Notes under the pieces: model-generated
Databases searched by the model: none
The model's input: the letters and a program-made list of their open reading frames with translations, nothing else
What the model was told of the DNA's origin: nothing
Translations under genes and position numbers: made by a program
Assembly (NCBI GenBank): GCA_964344325.1
Contig: CAYFMX010000001.1
Coordinates: forward strand, 202,233-266,232
Length of the DNA stretch: 64,000 bases
From: an uncultured Piscirickettsiaceae bacterium
GTDB lineage: Bacteria > Pseudomonadota > Gammaproteobacteria > GCF-002020875
Reading direction: 5' to 3'
Part shown: positions 1-10,659 of the stretch, piece after piece
How positions within the stretch are numbered: position 1 is the first letter of the stretch
Layout: the number at the start of each line of letters is the position of its first letter

Positions 1-81
1 CTATCCAATTAGCGGAACGCATTCTAAAGAGAAGCCCCCTACAAAACAAGGGAAATCTTGACCGATTTTTGAACACATCCC

Positions 82-1008
82 TTACTGGACATGCGCCAAA
101 ATCCCGTCCAGTTCATCTAACGAATTGTATTGAATTGTAATTTTCCCTTTCCCTTTCGCGCCTTGACGAATCGTTACCGCCGCGCCCAATTGTTCTGAAA
201 GCCGGTTTTGCAGCGCTTCTACATCTGGATCGACTATTCGCGCCGGTTTTTCCTGCACCGGATTGAGCAATCGTTGGACCAGTTTTTCGGTCTCCCGCAC
301 AGAAAGCCCACTGTGCACAACTTGTTCCGCCGCTTCCAGTTGCTGCCCACCTTCTAACGCCAGCAACGTCCGCGCATGCCCCATCTCCAGCTGACCTTGC
401 TCGACCATCGCACGCACTTTTTCGTGCAAATTGAGCAAGCGCAACAAATTGGTCACTGCCACCCGCGAACGCCCAACCGCCTCCGCCGCTGCTTGCTGGG
501 TCAAACCAAATTCCTGCACCAACCGCTGCAACGCCAATGCTTCATCAATCGGATTCAAATCTTCGCGCTGGATATTTTCAATCAGCGCAAACGCCATTGC
601 ATCGCGATCAGAGACTTCGCGCACAATGACAGGAACTTGTTGCAACTGCGCCAGTTGCGCCGCACGCCAGCGTCGTTCCCCGGCGATAATTTCGTATTGG
701 CTATCCGAGATTGGACGCACCACAATCGGTTGGATAATGCCCTGTGCACGAATTGATTCCGCCAGCTCTTCCAGCGTTTCCTGCTTAATCTCCCGGCGCG
801 GCTGATATTGCCCGCGTTGTAGCTGCTCAATCGGCAAGGTATCCGGGTATTTTTCCGAATGCTGCTGCGCGTTCTGCGCATCCGAACGATTTACCGCCTC
901 ATGATCACTCACAAGATTATCTGCTGAATTACCAACTTGCTTCTTTTGGCTAGCCACACCCAACAAAGAATCCAGTCCGCGCCCTAATCCGCCTTTCCGA
1001 CCTGACAT
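82..1008 (-). CDS. parB: chromosome partitioning protein ParB (Spo0J)
   Basis: 308-aa ORF with ParB-type HTH and the arginine-rich GERRWRAA motif; immediately downstream of parA. Confidence 0.9.
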   Translation of the reverse strand: MSGRKGGLGRGLDSLLGVASQKKQVGNSADNLVSDHEAVNRSDAQNAQQHSEKYPDTLPIEQLQRGQYQPRREIKQETLEELAESIRAQGIIQPIVVRPISDSQYEIIAGERRWRAAQLAQLQQVPVIVREVSDRDAMAFALIENIQREDLNPIDEALALQRLVQEFGLTQQAAAEAVGRSRVAVTNLLRLLNLHEKVRAMVEQGQLEMGHARTLLALEGGQQLEAAEQVVHSGLSVRETEKLVQRLLNPVQEKPARIVDPDVEALQNRLSEQLGAAVTIRQGAKGKGKITIQYNSLDELDGILAHVQ

Positions 1009-1010
1009 CG

Positions 1011-1805
1011 CTACGCCGCCTCTGCCTGTGTCTGATTTTGTGATTCATTGCGCTCCAGTACCTCCGCTGCCAAATCCATATAGGCGTATGCGCCGCGTGA
1101 TGTGGGTGCATGGTAAATCACGGAACGCCCGAAACTTGGCGCTTCTGCCAGTTTCACATTGCGCGGAATCACCGTTTCATATACTTGTTTGCCAAAATGG
1201 GAAATGAGTTGCTCGGAAACTTCCACCGCCAAACGGTTCCGTCCGTCATACATCGTGCGCACAATGCCTTGCAGATGCAGTTTCTGATTTTCCGTCTCGC
1301 TGACCCGCTCAATCGTCTGCATCAGCGCAGTCAATCCTTCCAACGCATAATACTCGCACTGCAATGGCACAATCACTGCTTCTGCCGCCACCAGTGCATT
1401 CAACGTCAACACATTCAGCGAGGGCGGACAATCAATAAAAATATAGTCGTAATTTCCAGTAAGTGGCTCCAGCACCTCCTGCAAACGGTGAAAGCGATCT
1501 TGCTCCAACAGCAAATCGACTTCCGCTGCTGTCAGGTCGCCATTCGCTGCCAACAAATCGTAGCCTGCCTCTTCAGTTTGCTGAATCGCTTCTTCGATTG
1601 TCGCTTCACGCAACAACACATCGACCCCACCATGCGCAATTTCATCTTTGTCTACACCGCTGCCCGTAGTTGCATTGCCTTGCGGGTCAAGATCAATCAG
1701 CAGAACCTTTTTCTCAAAATAGGCGAGCGCAGCCGCAAGATTGACGGAAGTCGTCGTTTTGCCGACTCCACCCTTCTGGTTCGCGATTGCGTAAATTTTT
1801 CCCAC
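1011..1805 (-). CDS. parA: chromosome partitioning ATPase ParA (Soj)
   Basis: 264 aa, deviant Walker A KGGVGKTT, adjacent to parB. Confidence 0.9.
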   Translation of the reverse strand: MGKIYAIANQKGGVGKTTTSVNLAAALAYFEKKVLLIDLDPQGNATTGSGVDKDEIAHGGVDVLLREATIEEAIQQTEEAGYDLLAANGDLTAAEVDLLLEQDRFHRLQEVLEPLTGNYDYIFIDCPPSLNVLTLNALVAAEAVIVPLQCEYYALEGLTALMQTIERVSETENQKLHLQGIVRTMYDGRNRLAVEVSEQLISHFGKQVYETVIPRNVKLAEAPSFGRSVIYHAPTSRGAYAYMDLAAEVLERNESQNQTQAEAA

Positions 1806-1820
1806 CGTCTTTAAATCTCT

Positions 1821-2477
1821 CTAACTTGTTCGCTGACAAACCACCATATGCCGTTCCGCGTTCAAATCTGGAACTGAAACCGACTCTACCCGTTCAATTT
1901 TGAATTCTGTACCCGACACGCAACCATTTTTATCCAATTGAAGATTTGCTTCTGGCTCCGGCCATTTCCCTTTCATTGCAAGAATTTGTCCTTCTGGCAA
2001 CAAAAACAATCCCACCTGCGCTAAAAATTGCGGCAACGAAGTAAACGCCCGGGAAGTAATTTGCTGGAATAGTTTCACATCCTGAAAATTTTCGATGCGT
2101 GAGTGTACAACAGTTGCGTTGCGCAAACCCAATTCAACAATCACCTGCTGGATAAATTTACACTTTTTGCCATTGCTGTCGAGCATTACGACTTGTAAAT
2201 CCGACTGCGCAATTGCAACTGGGATCCCCGGCAATCCTGCACCGCTGCCGACATCCAGCAACCATCCTGACTGCAAAAACGGCAAGACTGTAAAACTATC
2301 TAAAATATGGTGAATAAATTGCTGCTCTTGCCCTTTGATTGCGGTTAGATTGATGGTGCGATTCCATTTCTCTAACAACGCCAGATAGTGCAAGATTTGC
2401 TCGCCCTGCGTTTCAGACAATGCAACTGCCATCTCCGTTGAACGACGACAAATTTCTGTGACTGTTAAATTCCCCAT
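1821..2477 (-). CDS. rsmG: 16S rRNA (guanine527-N7)-methyltransferase RsmG (GidB)
   Basis: 218 aa with SAM-MTase motif DVGSGAGLPG; classic mnmG-rsmG-parAB arrangement. Confidence 0.9.
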   Translation of the reverse strand: MGNLTVTEICRRSTEMAVALSETQGEQILHYLALLEKWNRTINLTAIKGQEQQFIHHILDSFTVLPFLQSGWLLDVGSGAGLPGIPVAIAQSDLQVVMLDSNGKKCKFIQQVIVELGLRNATVVHSRIENFQDVKLFQQITSRAFTSLPQFLAQVGLFLLPEGQILAMKGKWPEPEANLQLDKNGCVSGTEFKIERVESVSVPDLNAERHMVVCQRTS

Positions 2478-2491
2478 AACAACGAAATTCT

Positions 2492-4375
2492 CTACGATTT
2501 TTGCATTGACCGTTTTTTCAAATAAATCCGCAACAACGAAATCGCTGCCGGTGTCACGCCCGGAATCCGCCCTGCCTGCCCCAAGGTTGCCGGTTGTTGC
2601 GCCTGCAATTTCTCCCGCACTTCCGTTGACAAGCCATCGACCTGCCCATAATCAAGTTTTTCCGGTAGCCTACTCTCTTCATCGCGGCGGTTTTTCTCAA
2701 TTTCGACTTTCTGGCGCTCAATATATCCGGCGTATTTCGCCTGAATTTCCACCTGTTCTAACGCCAATTCGTGCGTCTCGGGAGAAGCCATTCCCGGCAA
2801 ACCCATCAATTCTGCATAAACCACTTGTGGACGCGAAAGCAAATCCATTAGCGAGTGTTCGCGTGAAATAGGCTCGCCCAACACCCGTTCCAACTCCGCA
2901 TCGGCAATTTTTCCCGGTTGAATCCATGTAGACCGCAATCGCTCTTGCTCACGCGCAATCGCTTCGCGCTTTTCGCTGAAGGCTTGCCAACGCCCATCAT
3001 CCACTAAATCCAATTCGCGCCCTTTTTCCGTCAAACGCAAATCAGCATTATCTTCACGCAACAAAAGCCGGTACTCGGCGCGGCTAGTGAACATCCGATA
3101 AGGCTCATTGGTTCCACGTGTAATCAGATCATCCACCATCACGCCAATATAGCTTTCATCCCGACGCGGATGCCATGGCTCTTTTTCCTGCACCTGCCGC
3201 GCTGCATTGCAACCAGCAACCAATCCTTGCGCCGCCGCCTCTTCATAACCCGTCGTACCGTTGATTTGCCCAGCAAAAAAGAGGCCAGAAATCGCTTTTG
3301 TCTCCAACGACGGGCGCAAATCACGCGGATCGAAAAAGTCATATTCAATCGCGTAACCGGGACGGGTGATGTGCGCGTTTTCAAATCCTTGGATTGAGCG
3401 CACAAACTGGAGCTGCACATCAAACGGCAGACTGGTAGAGATGCCATTGGGGTAAATTTCGTGGGTATCCAATCCTTCTGGCTCGACAAAGATTTGATGT
3501 GAATCACGCTCCGCAAAACGCACAATTTTGTCCTCCACTGATGGACAATAGCGCGGTCCTACACCCTCAATCACGCCGCTGTACATCGGTGAACGATCCA
3601 GCCCTTCCCGAATCACATCATGTGTTTTTTCATTCGTATAGGTGATCCAGCACGAGCACTGTTCAGGATGATCTTCGCGCTTACCCAAAAACGAGAAAAC
3701 TGGCAGTGGTTCATCGCCCTTCTGCTCAGAAAGTTGGCTGTAATCAATCGTCTTGCCGTCGATGCGCGGCGGCGTGCCGGTTTTTAACCGTTCGACGCGA
3801 AACGGTAATTCACGCAGCCGTTCTGCCAGCCGAATGGAAGGCGGATCACCTATCCGTCCGCCCGACATATTGGATAATCCGACATGAATCACGCCATTGA
3901 GAAATGTTCCTGCCGTCAACACCACAGCGCGTGCGGAAAAATGGATACCGGATTGCGTCACTACACCCGCAACCTGCCCGTTTTCCACAATCAGGTCATC
4001 CACCGCTTGCTGAAACAATGTGAGATTCGGCTGGTTTTCCAACTTGTGACGAATCGCTTGCCGATAAAGCTGCCGGTCAGCCTGTGCGCGGGTCGCCCGC
4101 ACAGCCGCCCCTTTACTACGGTTGAGGATGCGGAACTGGATGCCCGCACGATCTGCTGCCCATGCCATCACACCACCCAGCGCATCGACTTCTTTAACCA
4201 GATGCCCCTTGCCAATCCCGCCAATCGCCGGATTGCAACTCATCTGCCCCAAGGTTTCGAGATTGTGCGTCAGCAATAGCGTTTTTGCGCCGATTCGCGC
4301 AGCTGCGAGAGCAGCTTCTGTGCCCGCATGACCGCCGCCGACAATAATGACATCAAATGTTTCCAGATAATTCAT
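2492..4375 (-). CDS. mnmG: tRNA uridine-5-carboxymethylaminomethyl synthesis enzyme MnmG (GidA)
   Basis: 627 aa, N-terminal FAD-binding [14 protein letters not shown], conserved GidA length and synteny. Confidence 0.95.
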   Translation of the reverse strand: MNYLETFDVIIVGGGHAGTEAALAAARIGAKTLLLTHNLETLGQMSCNPAIGGIGKGHLVKEVDALGGVMAWAADRAGIQFRILNRSKGAAVRATRAQADRQLYRQAIRHKLENQPNLTLFQQAVDDLIVENGQVAGVVTQSGIHFSARAVVLTAGTFLNGVIHVGLSNMSGGRIGDPPSIRLAERLRELPFRVERLKTGTPPRIDGKTIDYSQLSEQKGDEPLPVFSFLGKREDHPEQCSCWITYTNEKTHDVIREGLDRSPMYSGVIEGVGPRYCPSVEDKIVRFAERDSHQIFVEPEGLDTHEIYPNGISTSLPFDVQLQFVRSIQGFENAHITRPGYAIEYDFFDPRDLRPSLETKAISGLFFAGQINGTTGYEEAAAQGLVAGCNAARQVQEKEPWHPRRDESYIGVMVDDLITRGTNEPYRMFTSRAEYRLLLREDNADLRLTEKGRELDLVDDGRWQAFSEKREAIAREQERLRSTWIQPGKIADAELERVLGEPISREHSLMDLLSRPQVVYAELMGLPGMASPETHELALEQVEIQAKYAGYIERQKVEIEKNRRDEESRLPEKLDYGQVDGLSTEVREKLQAQQPATLGQAGRIPGVTPAAISLLRIYLKKRSMQKS

Positions 4376-4682
4376 CGGCGGATTATAGCGGAAACATTCA
4401 AACTGGATATGAAGTCATATACTTCCGCAACACATGGTTCATACGCGCTTGCCAATCCTGACCCGTTGTTCGGAGGTACTCCAGCACTTCCTGATCGAAC
4501 CGAAACACCCGCAGACCAACGGTATATGTAGAGCGGCTCAACGGACGGATCAGCGATATAAGGTTCATAAACACGCGAGACCTGACAACTACCACTTATT
4601 CTACAGAGGATATTTTGCGATTATGTACTGCTATACTGTGACTTTTTCGACTCCTTGTATAAAAATTTATGCGAAGTAACTT

Positions 4683-6434
4683 ATGCTCCCAAAGTTAAAA
4701 CTCCATAATAGTTTTGTTGCATTGTTTTTGTTGGTAGCTGGATGTTCCAGCGTTCCAGGAACATCCATGCAGGCGCAACCATTGGCACATGAACCAGATG
4801 ATTCTCTTTTCTTCAACGTATTGGCTGGGGAGATGGCCAGCCATCTAGGCGATTATCAAACTGCATATAACTATTACCATCGTGCATCCATCCAAACGGA
4901 TCTGAAATTTGTAGCAGAGCGCCATGCACAGCTTGCGATCCACCATCCAGATCCACAGAAAGCAATTAAGGCATTTAAATACTGGATTTCCCTGGAGCCA
5001 CATAACCACGATACACATATCATGTTGGCCACATTGTTGATCCGAAACAACCAGATTGATGCAGCAGTAATACAGTTTGCAGAGATGGTCGAAAAAACGG
5101 GAGCTTCCGAGGAAAAACAAGCAAAGAAAAAGCAAAAACCAAAGCTCAAATCTCGTGTTGATCTTTTCGTAGAAATAGCCGAACAGTTACGTTCTACAGC
5201 GGATCATAAAGTTGCACAACAGATCATGCAGACATTGGTTGATCGTTTTCCGAAAATGCCGGAAGCCAAGTTCGGACAGGCATGGCTCGTATCAAAAACA
5301 AATCAACTGGAATTGGCTCTGACAATAGTTGGACAAACATTGCGTTTGCGACCCGGCTGGGAGAAAGCCGTTGCTTTACGCGTGAAATTACTACAAAAAC
5401 TAGGACGCGATGTAGAAGCATTAGCATTTTTGAAGGATCAGGTTAAGCAATTCCCTAAAGAAGCTGATATTTATATGCATTATGGGAGATTTCTCTTCAA
5501 GAGCAGAAAGCTTCCTGAAGCGATTCAGCAATTTGAGACAGCGTTACGACTCCGCCCTGATCATAACAAGACAGAATTACTCCATCTGTTAAGTGCACTC
5601 TATATTGAACAGGGACAGTATGCGCGAGCAGAAGCAATGTTAATACAAATACTGGAGAAAGATGACAAGCCAGATAGTATCCGCTATGTATTGGGCGAAT
5701 TGGCTGAGCTTCAAGATAAGATAGACATAGCGATCAAATACTACTCTGCTATTGGGAAGGGTAAATTTTATTTTCAGGCACGGCTACGGGTTGCTTCGCT
5801 GGAATCAGAACGGGATATTCCAAAAGCACTTTCCATCTTGCACGGACTATCCCCAGACACTAAAAAACAACAATATCAACGTCTTCTGCTAGAAGCCACA
5901 TTTTTGGAAAAAGGGAAGCAGTACGCTGAAGCGGTGCAAATCTACAACCAAGCATTGGCTGAATTTCCGGAAGATGAAGAGTTGCTCTATGCACGAGCGA
6001 TGGCTTCGGACCAGGTGGGTGATCTAGCAACGCTGGAACGCGATCTCCATGCGATCCTGAAGAAAAATCCGAAGCACTACCATGCGTGGAATGCGCTCGG
6101 TTACACACTGGTGCTGCGTACAACCCGCTACGTGGAAGCGAAAAAATATCTGGAGAAAGCATTAGCGTTGCGTCCGGATGATTATTACACACTCGATAGT
6201 ATGGGTTGGCTGCTCTACAAAACCGGAAAACTGGATGAGGCATTGGATTACCTACAACGCGCATGGGAGGCCAGCCAACAGGAAGATGTCGAAATTGCAG
6301 CCCATTTCGGTGAAGTACGCTGGATGCAAGGCAACAAGGCTGGCGCGGAAGCAATCTGGAAAACTGCAAAAGAATTAGATGCGAAACATCCAGTATTGAT
6401 CGAAACGCTACGCCGTTTGAAAAACAAGCGATAG
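4683..6434 (+). CDS. TPR-repeat lipoprotein
   Basis: 583 aa, signal peptide with lipobox LLVAGCSS, multiple TPR-like helical repeats; a TPR protein precedes lolB in Pseudomonas-type synteny. Confidence 0.6.
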   Translation: MLPKLKLHNSFVALFLLVAGCSSVPGTSMQAQPLAHEPDDSLFFNVLAGEMASHLGDYQTAYNYYHRASIQTDLKFVAERHAQLAIHHPDPQKAIKAFKYWISLEPHNHDTHIMLATLLIRNNQIDAAVIQFAEMVEKTGASEEKQAKKKQKPKLKSRVDLFVEIAEQLRSTADHKVAQQIMQTLVDRFPKMPEAKFGQAWLVSKTNQLELALTIVGQTLRLRPGWEKAVALRVKLLQKLGRDVEALAFLKDQVKQFPKEADIYMHYGRFLFKSRKLPEAIQQFETALRLRPDHNKTELLHLLSALYIEQGQYARAEAMLIQILEKDDKPDSIRYVLGELAELQDKIDIAIKYYSAIGKGKFYFQARLRVASLESERDIPKALSILHGLSPDTKKQQYQRLLLEATFLEKGKQYAEAVQIYNQALAEFPEDEELLYARAMASDQVGDLATLERDLHAILKKNPKHYHAWNALGYTLVLRTTRYVEAKKYLEKALALRPDDYYTLDSMGWLLYKTGKLDEALDYLQRAWEASQQEDVEIAAHFGEVRWMQGNKAGAEAIWKTAKELDAKHPVLIETLRRLKNKR

Positions 6435-6441
6435 AAAAATC

Positions 6442-7116
6442 ATGATACGCCGATTCGTATATCCATTCGCAATTCTTCTATTCGGAAGCATGGTTTTATT
6501 GGGCAGCGGATGCTCGCTACAGCCAAAACCAGTCACAACTTCACAACAAGCAGAGCAAACCATTCTCAGTTGGGCAGAACGACAAGCATTATTGCGCGAA
6601 ATTAAAACATGGGAAATCCGCGGACGGGTTTCCGTGCAAGTTGCCGGACAAGCTTGGCAGAGTACATTTCTGTGGAAAAAAGAACCGGAAAGTGAGCATT
6701 TGCGACTGTTTGGCCTGTTGGGTGCGGGCGGTGCATCACTCCGACGGCACGGGGATAGCGTAGAAGCGATCTGGTCTGGCAAAAAATATCGTTGGGTTGG
6801 CAGTATTACGGAGCGTCTGGAAGAAGAGCTGGGCGAACCGGTTCCAGTCGATGCGTTCCATGCCTGGATGGTCGGCGTTCCTGCATGGAGCACACCATCT
6901 CAGTATAATCTGGACAAGAAAAATCGCATTCAGTCGCTTACGCAGCAAGGCTGGACAGTCGAAATTCCGCGTTACGATGAATCGCATCCAGTACATCTGC
7001 CAAAACGGCTGGAACTCCAGAAAGGCACGATCGAAGTGCGCATCTGGATTTCATCTTGGAAGATCAATAGCGACACGGAGAAACGAACAACCAGAAGAGA
7101 AATGAACGGAATATAA
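6442..7116 (+). CDS. lolB: outer-membrane lipoprotein LolB
   Basis: 224 aa, lipoprotein signal (LLGSGC), sits immediately upstream of ispE as in the lolB-ispE-prs operon. Confidence 0.65.
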   Translation: MIRRFVYPFAILLFGSMVLLGSGCSLQPKPVTTSQQAEQTILSWAERQALLREIKTWEIRGRVSVQVAGQAWQSTFLWKKEPESEHLRLFGLLGAGGASLRRHGDSVEAIWSGKKYRWVGSITERLEEELGEPVPVDAFHAWMVGVPAWSTPSQYNLDKKNRIQSLTQQGWTVEIPRYDESHPVHLPKRLELQKGTIEVRIWISSWKINSDTEKRTTRREMNGI

Positions 7117-7120
7117 CCAG

Positions 7121-7945
7121 ATGCGTTTTCCTGCACCTGCAAAACTCAATCTATTTCTGCACATCACAGGTCGCCGCGAAGATGGCTATCATGAATTACA
7201 GACCGTTTTTCAGTTCATTGATTTGGTCGACGAACTGGAAATTTCCGTGCGCGAAGATGGAAAAATTCTTCGTCCAACGGGTTTAACCGATGTGGAACCA
7301 GAAGCGGATCTGGTTGTCCGTGCCGCAAAATTACTGCAAAAAGAAACGAATTGCACATTAGGTGCGGAAATTTCCGTGCAAAAAAAGATTCCAGCAGGCG
7401 GAGGGTTGGGCGGCGGCAGTTCCGATGCTGCAACAACGTTGGTTGCGCTTAATCAACTTTGGAAAACTGGATTGTCCCGCGATCAATTGGCACAAATCGG
7501 ACTAAAACTGGGCGCAGATGTGCCGGTTTTTATCCATGGCGAAGCGGTCTGGGCCGAAGGGGTCGGTGAGCAATTTTTTCCGATTGAGTTGCCAGAATCG
7601 TGGTATTTGGTGATCGATCCACATATTTCTGTCTCTACTGCCGCAATTTTTGGCGCAGAGGAATTGACACGCGATACCCCAAAGAAGAGAATACGCAGCT
7701 TTCCTTCGGATGGGGGAAGAAATGACTGTGAGCCGGTTGTTACGGCACGCTATCCGGAAATTGGAGCAGCGTTGCAATGGCTTTCCCAATTTGGGGAAGC
7801 GAAATTGACTGGAACCGGTGGCTGTCTATTTGCGGCGTTTCAGGAACGTGCGCAGGCAGAACAGGAACAATCACAGTTGCCCTCGCAATGGGATGGGTTT
7901 GTGGTCAAAGGAATGAACCACTCGCCGCTTCATCAAAGGGCATAA
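7121..7945 (+). CDS. ispE: 4-diphosphocytidyl-2-C-methyl-D-erythritol kinase IspE
   Basis: 274 aa GHMP kinase, motif PAGGGLGGGSSDAA. Confidence 0.9.
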   Translation: MRFPAPAKLNLFLHITGRREDGYHELQTVFQFIDLVDELEISVREDGKILRPTGLTDVEPEADLVVRAAKLLQKETNCTLGAEISVQKKIPAGGGLGGGSSDAATTLVALNQLWKTGLSRDQLAQIGLKLGADVPVFIHGEAVWAEGVGEQFFPIELPESWYLVIDPHISVSTAAIFGAEELTRDTPKKRIRSFPSDGGRNDCEPVVTARYPEIGAALQWLSQFGEAKLTGTGGCLFAAFQERAQAEQEQSQLPSQWDGFVVKGMNHSPLHQRA

Positions 7946-7981
7946 GAAATAAGCGATAAAAGATACTGAGTAAAAGTTTAT

Positions 7982-8055
7982 TCGGGCGTCGTCTAACGGC
8001 AGGACAACAGGTTTTGATCCTGTGAATCGTGGTTCGAATCCATGCGCCCGAGCCA
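7982..8055 (+). tRNA. tRNA-Gln (anticodon UUG)
   Basis: 74 nt; 7-bp acceptor stem TCGGGCG/CGCCCGA, anticodon stem ACAGG/CCTGT with loop TTTTGAT, T-loop TTCGAAT, 3' CCA encoded; lies between ispE and prs. Confidence 0.8.
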
Positions 8056-8147
8056 TTTTTTGTACGACCGGTTTCCGGTCGTACTTGCGTTATAGCCGGG
8101 GAGGCACTGAAAAAATCGTGGATGACAAGCGATGTGCGGAAGAGCGA

Positions 8148-9086
8148 ATGATGGTCTTCTCCGGAAATGCAAATCCGGAACTGGCCAAAAAAGTCGCTGA
8201 TTATCTCAATTTGCAATTGGGTCAATCAAAAATCCGCCGTTTCAGCGATGGTGAAATCCGCGTCGAGATTGGTGAGAACGTGCGTGGACGTGAAGTGTTT
8301 ATCGTCCAACCCACCTGTGCACCAACCAATGACAACTTGATGGAGTTGCTGATCATGGTTGATGCGCTCCGTCGTTCCTCCGCAAAAAAAATTACGGCTG
8401 TGATCCCCTATTTCGGATATGCGCGGCAAGATCGCCGCCCGCGCTCTGAACGTGTGCCGATTACTGCGCGCCTAGTAGCAGACATGATTGGTCACTCCGG
8501 GATTGCACATGTGCTAACCATTGATTTGCATGCGGATCAGATCCAGGGATTTTTCCGCATTCCGGTGGACAATATTTATGCATCCAAATTACTGATGGGT
8601 GATGTGCAGCGGCATGAATATCCAAATTTGATCGTGGTTTCACCGGATGTAGGCGGTGTTGTCCGTGCACGTGCGATGGCAAAATTGTTGGGTGATACTG
8701 AATTGGCGATCATCGACAAACGCCGTCCAACCGCCAATGTAGCACAAGTGATGAACATTATTGGCGATGTGGAAGGCCGTTCCTGTATTTTGGTAGATGA
8801 TCTGGTCGATACAGCTGGGACACTCTGCAAAGCAGCATCGGCGTTGAAAGAGCATGGCGCGGCGCGGGTGAATGCATATTGTACCCATGCAGTGCTATCC
8901 GGTTTGGCTGTGGAAAATATCACCCGTTCCGAGCTAGACGAAGTGGTCGTTTCAGACACGATCCCGTTGCAGCAACCAGCAGAAGCATGCAGCAAAATCC
9001 GTCAAGTGAGCGTGGCGGAATTATTGGGCGAGACGATGTTGCGGATGAGCACCGGCGAATCGGTGAGTTCGCTCTATGCCGTGTAG
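8148..9086 (+). CDS. prs: ribose-phosphate pyrophosphokinase Prs
   Basis: Strong identity to Prs ([22 protein letters not shown]). Start set at the first ATG after the tRNA rather than the ORF-track start, which overlaps the tRNA. Confidence 0.9.
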   Translation: MMVFSGNANPELAKKVADYLNLQLGQSKIRRFSDGEIRVEIGENVRGREVFIVQPTCAPTNDNLMELLIMVDALRRSSAKKITAVIPYFGYARQDRRPRSERVPITARLVADMIGHSGIAHVLTIDLHADQIQGFFRIPVDNIYASKLLMGDVQRHEYPNLIVVSPDVGGVVRARAMAKLLGDTELAIIDKRRPTANVAQVMNIIGDVEGRSCILVDDLVDTAGTLCKAASALKEHGAARVNAYCTHAVLSGLAVENITRSELDEVVVSDTIPLQQPAEACSKIRQVSVAELLGETMLRMSTGESVSSLYAV

Positions 9087-9204
9087 CGTAGTAGATGTAG
9101 CGCAGATTTTTTGATTTGAATTGATTTAGACAGTTTTAATTTAGGCGATATTGAGTTTTAGGAAAAGGTTTGGTTGTGCAGACCGTGGTTTTGGAGAGTA
9201 GAAG

Positions 9205-9882
9205 ATGAGCATGAGTTTTGAACTGAGTGCGAAAGCACGGAACGATTTGGGCAAGGCGGCTTCCCGCCGTTTACGGAAGACAGGTCAAGTGCCAGCAGTC
9301 TTGTATGGCGGCGGTGGTGACAGTACGCCAACTTCTGTTTCTCTGCGCCACGACGATTTGCTGCACAGCCTAGAGCACGAAGAGTTCTACACACATCTGC
9401 TGACACTGGATATTGATGGTAAAAAAGAGAGTGTGGTACTGAAAGATTTGCATCGCCATCCGGCAAAACGGGTAGTTTTACATGCCGATTTCCTGCGCAT
9501 CGACAAGTCCAAGAAGATCAAGATGCTGGTTCCGCTGCACTTCCTGAACGAAGAAAGTTCACATGGTGTGAAGATGGAAGGTGGGGCAGTGAACCACTTG
9601 ATGAATGCTGTCGAAATCAGCTGCTTGCCAGATCAGCTTCCAGAAAGCATTGAAATTGATTTGCAGGAGATGAAGCTGGGCGACTCCATCAAGCTTTCTG
9701 AAATGACACTGCCGGAAGGCGTAAGTATTGCCTTGCTGGATCGTGGTGAAGAGTACGATCAAGCAATTGTAACGATCCAGAAAACACGCGGTTCTTCTGC
9801 TTCTGCTGACGATGAAGCTGAAGAAGCAGGCAGCGAAAAAGGCGGTGAAGGCGAAGCAGCTGCGGAAGAATCCAACGAATAA
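9205..9882 (+). CDS. rplY: 50S ribosomal protein L25 / general stress protein Ctc
   Basis: 225 aa, L25/Ctc fold with acidic C-terminal tail; prs-rplY-pth-ychF synteny. Confidence 0.85.
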   Translation: MSMSFELSAKARNDLGKAASRRLRKTGQVPAVLYGGGGDSTPTSVSLRHDDLLHSLEHEEFYTHLLTLDIDGKKESVVLKDLHRHPAKRVVLHADFLRIDKSKKIKMLVPLHFLNEESSHGVKMEGGAVNHLMNAVEISCLPDQLPESIEIDLQEMKLGDSIKLSEMTLPEGVSIALLDRGEEYDQAIVTIQKTRGSSASADDEAEEAGSEKGGEGEAAAEESNE

Positions 9883-9935
9883 TTTTATTCTGCTGTACTT
9901 TTGTTTATTTTGGACAATCTTGATCCGGGAGCAAC

Positions 9936-10511
9936 ATGAGCGGCAAAATTAAGCTAATTGTTGGACTGGGGAATCCCGGATCAAAATACGCAGAAACCCG
10001 GCACAATGCCGGGTTTTGGTTTGTTGAGGCTCTTGCTGAAAAGTATTCGGTTACTTTTCGGGAGGAGCCTAAATTTTTTGGGGAAGTGGCAAAAATCTCG
10101 TTGGAAGGTGAGTCGATTTGGTTGTTGAAGCCAACCACTTTTATGAACCGAAGCGGGCAAGCGGTTGCGGCGTTGGCCAATTATTACAAAATTCCGGTAC
10201 AGTCGATTCTGGCTGTGCATGATGAATTGGATCTACCATCGGGTCAGGTGCGCTTGAAATCAGGTGGCGGTCATGCGGGACACAACGGTTTACGCGACAT
10301 CACTGCACATTTGAGTGCAGATTTTCACCGCGTACGCGTTGGCATTGGACGACCTACTCAATCTGGCGCGGTGTCCGATTATGTGTTGGATTCGCCAAGC
10401 AAAGCGAAGCGGATTGAAATTGATGTGGCGCTGGATGCAGTTTTGAAGCATTTGCCGGAAATTGTGCGTGGTGAATTCCAGAAAGCGATGAATTCACTGC
10501 ACCAGAAATAG
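9936..10511 (+). CDS. pth: peptidyl-tRNA hydrolase Pth
   Basis: 191 aa, motif GLGNPG and the HNG catalytic region. Confidence 0.9.
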   Translation: MSGKIKLIVGLGNPGSKYAETRHNAGFWFVEALAEKYSVTFREEPKFFGEVAKISLEGESIWLLKPTTFMNRSGQAVAALANYYKIPVQSILAVHDELDLPSGQVRLKSGGGHAGHNGLRDITAHLSADFHRVRVGIGRPTQSGAVSDYVLDSPSKAKRIEIDVALDAVLKHLPEIVRGEFQKAMNSLHQK

Positions 10512-10513
10512 CA

Positions 10514-10588
10514 AAGACCACCCCGTCACTTCGTGTTACACCTCCAAGGGAGAGAAATGCCCTTTGAAGGGGGGCAAGCGCAGCCTGA
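10514..10588. repeat. about 75-bp structured intergenic repeat, copy A
   Basis: Shares the blocks aagaccaccccg, cctcca-agg-ag and tttgaagggg-gc-agcct with a second copy at 38920-38999; contains short hairpins. Confidence 0.45.
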
Positions 10589-10659
10589 CAGAGTAGTATT
10601 TTGGATTGAATAGCAGCGCTATGCAGGGAACGGACAAAAAATAGAAGAGGAACAAAGAG

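Noticed and set aside
376-1814. Plus-strand ORFs of 124-234 aa inside parB and parA
   Set aside because: They are antisense shadow ORFs within strongly supported genes, with low-complexity Arg/Cys/His-rich translations
4376-4682. Possible oriC next to mnmG
   Set aside because: No DnaA boxes (TTATCCACA / TGTGGATAA) or 13-mer AT-rich repeats were recognisable; only an ordinary AT-rich promoter-like stretch before the TPR gene
8022-8147. ORF-track start of prs at 8022
   Set aside because: It would overlap the tRNA-Gln gene; Prs homology begins at the ATG at 8148 ([15 protein letters not shown])
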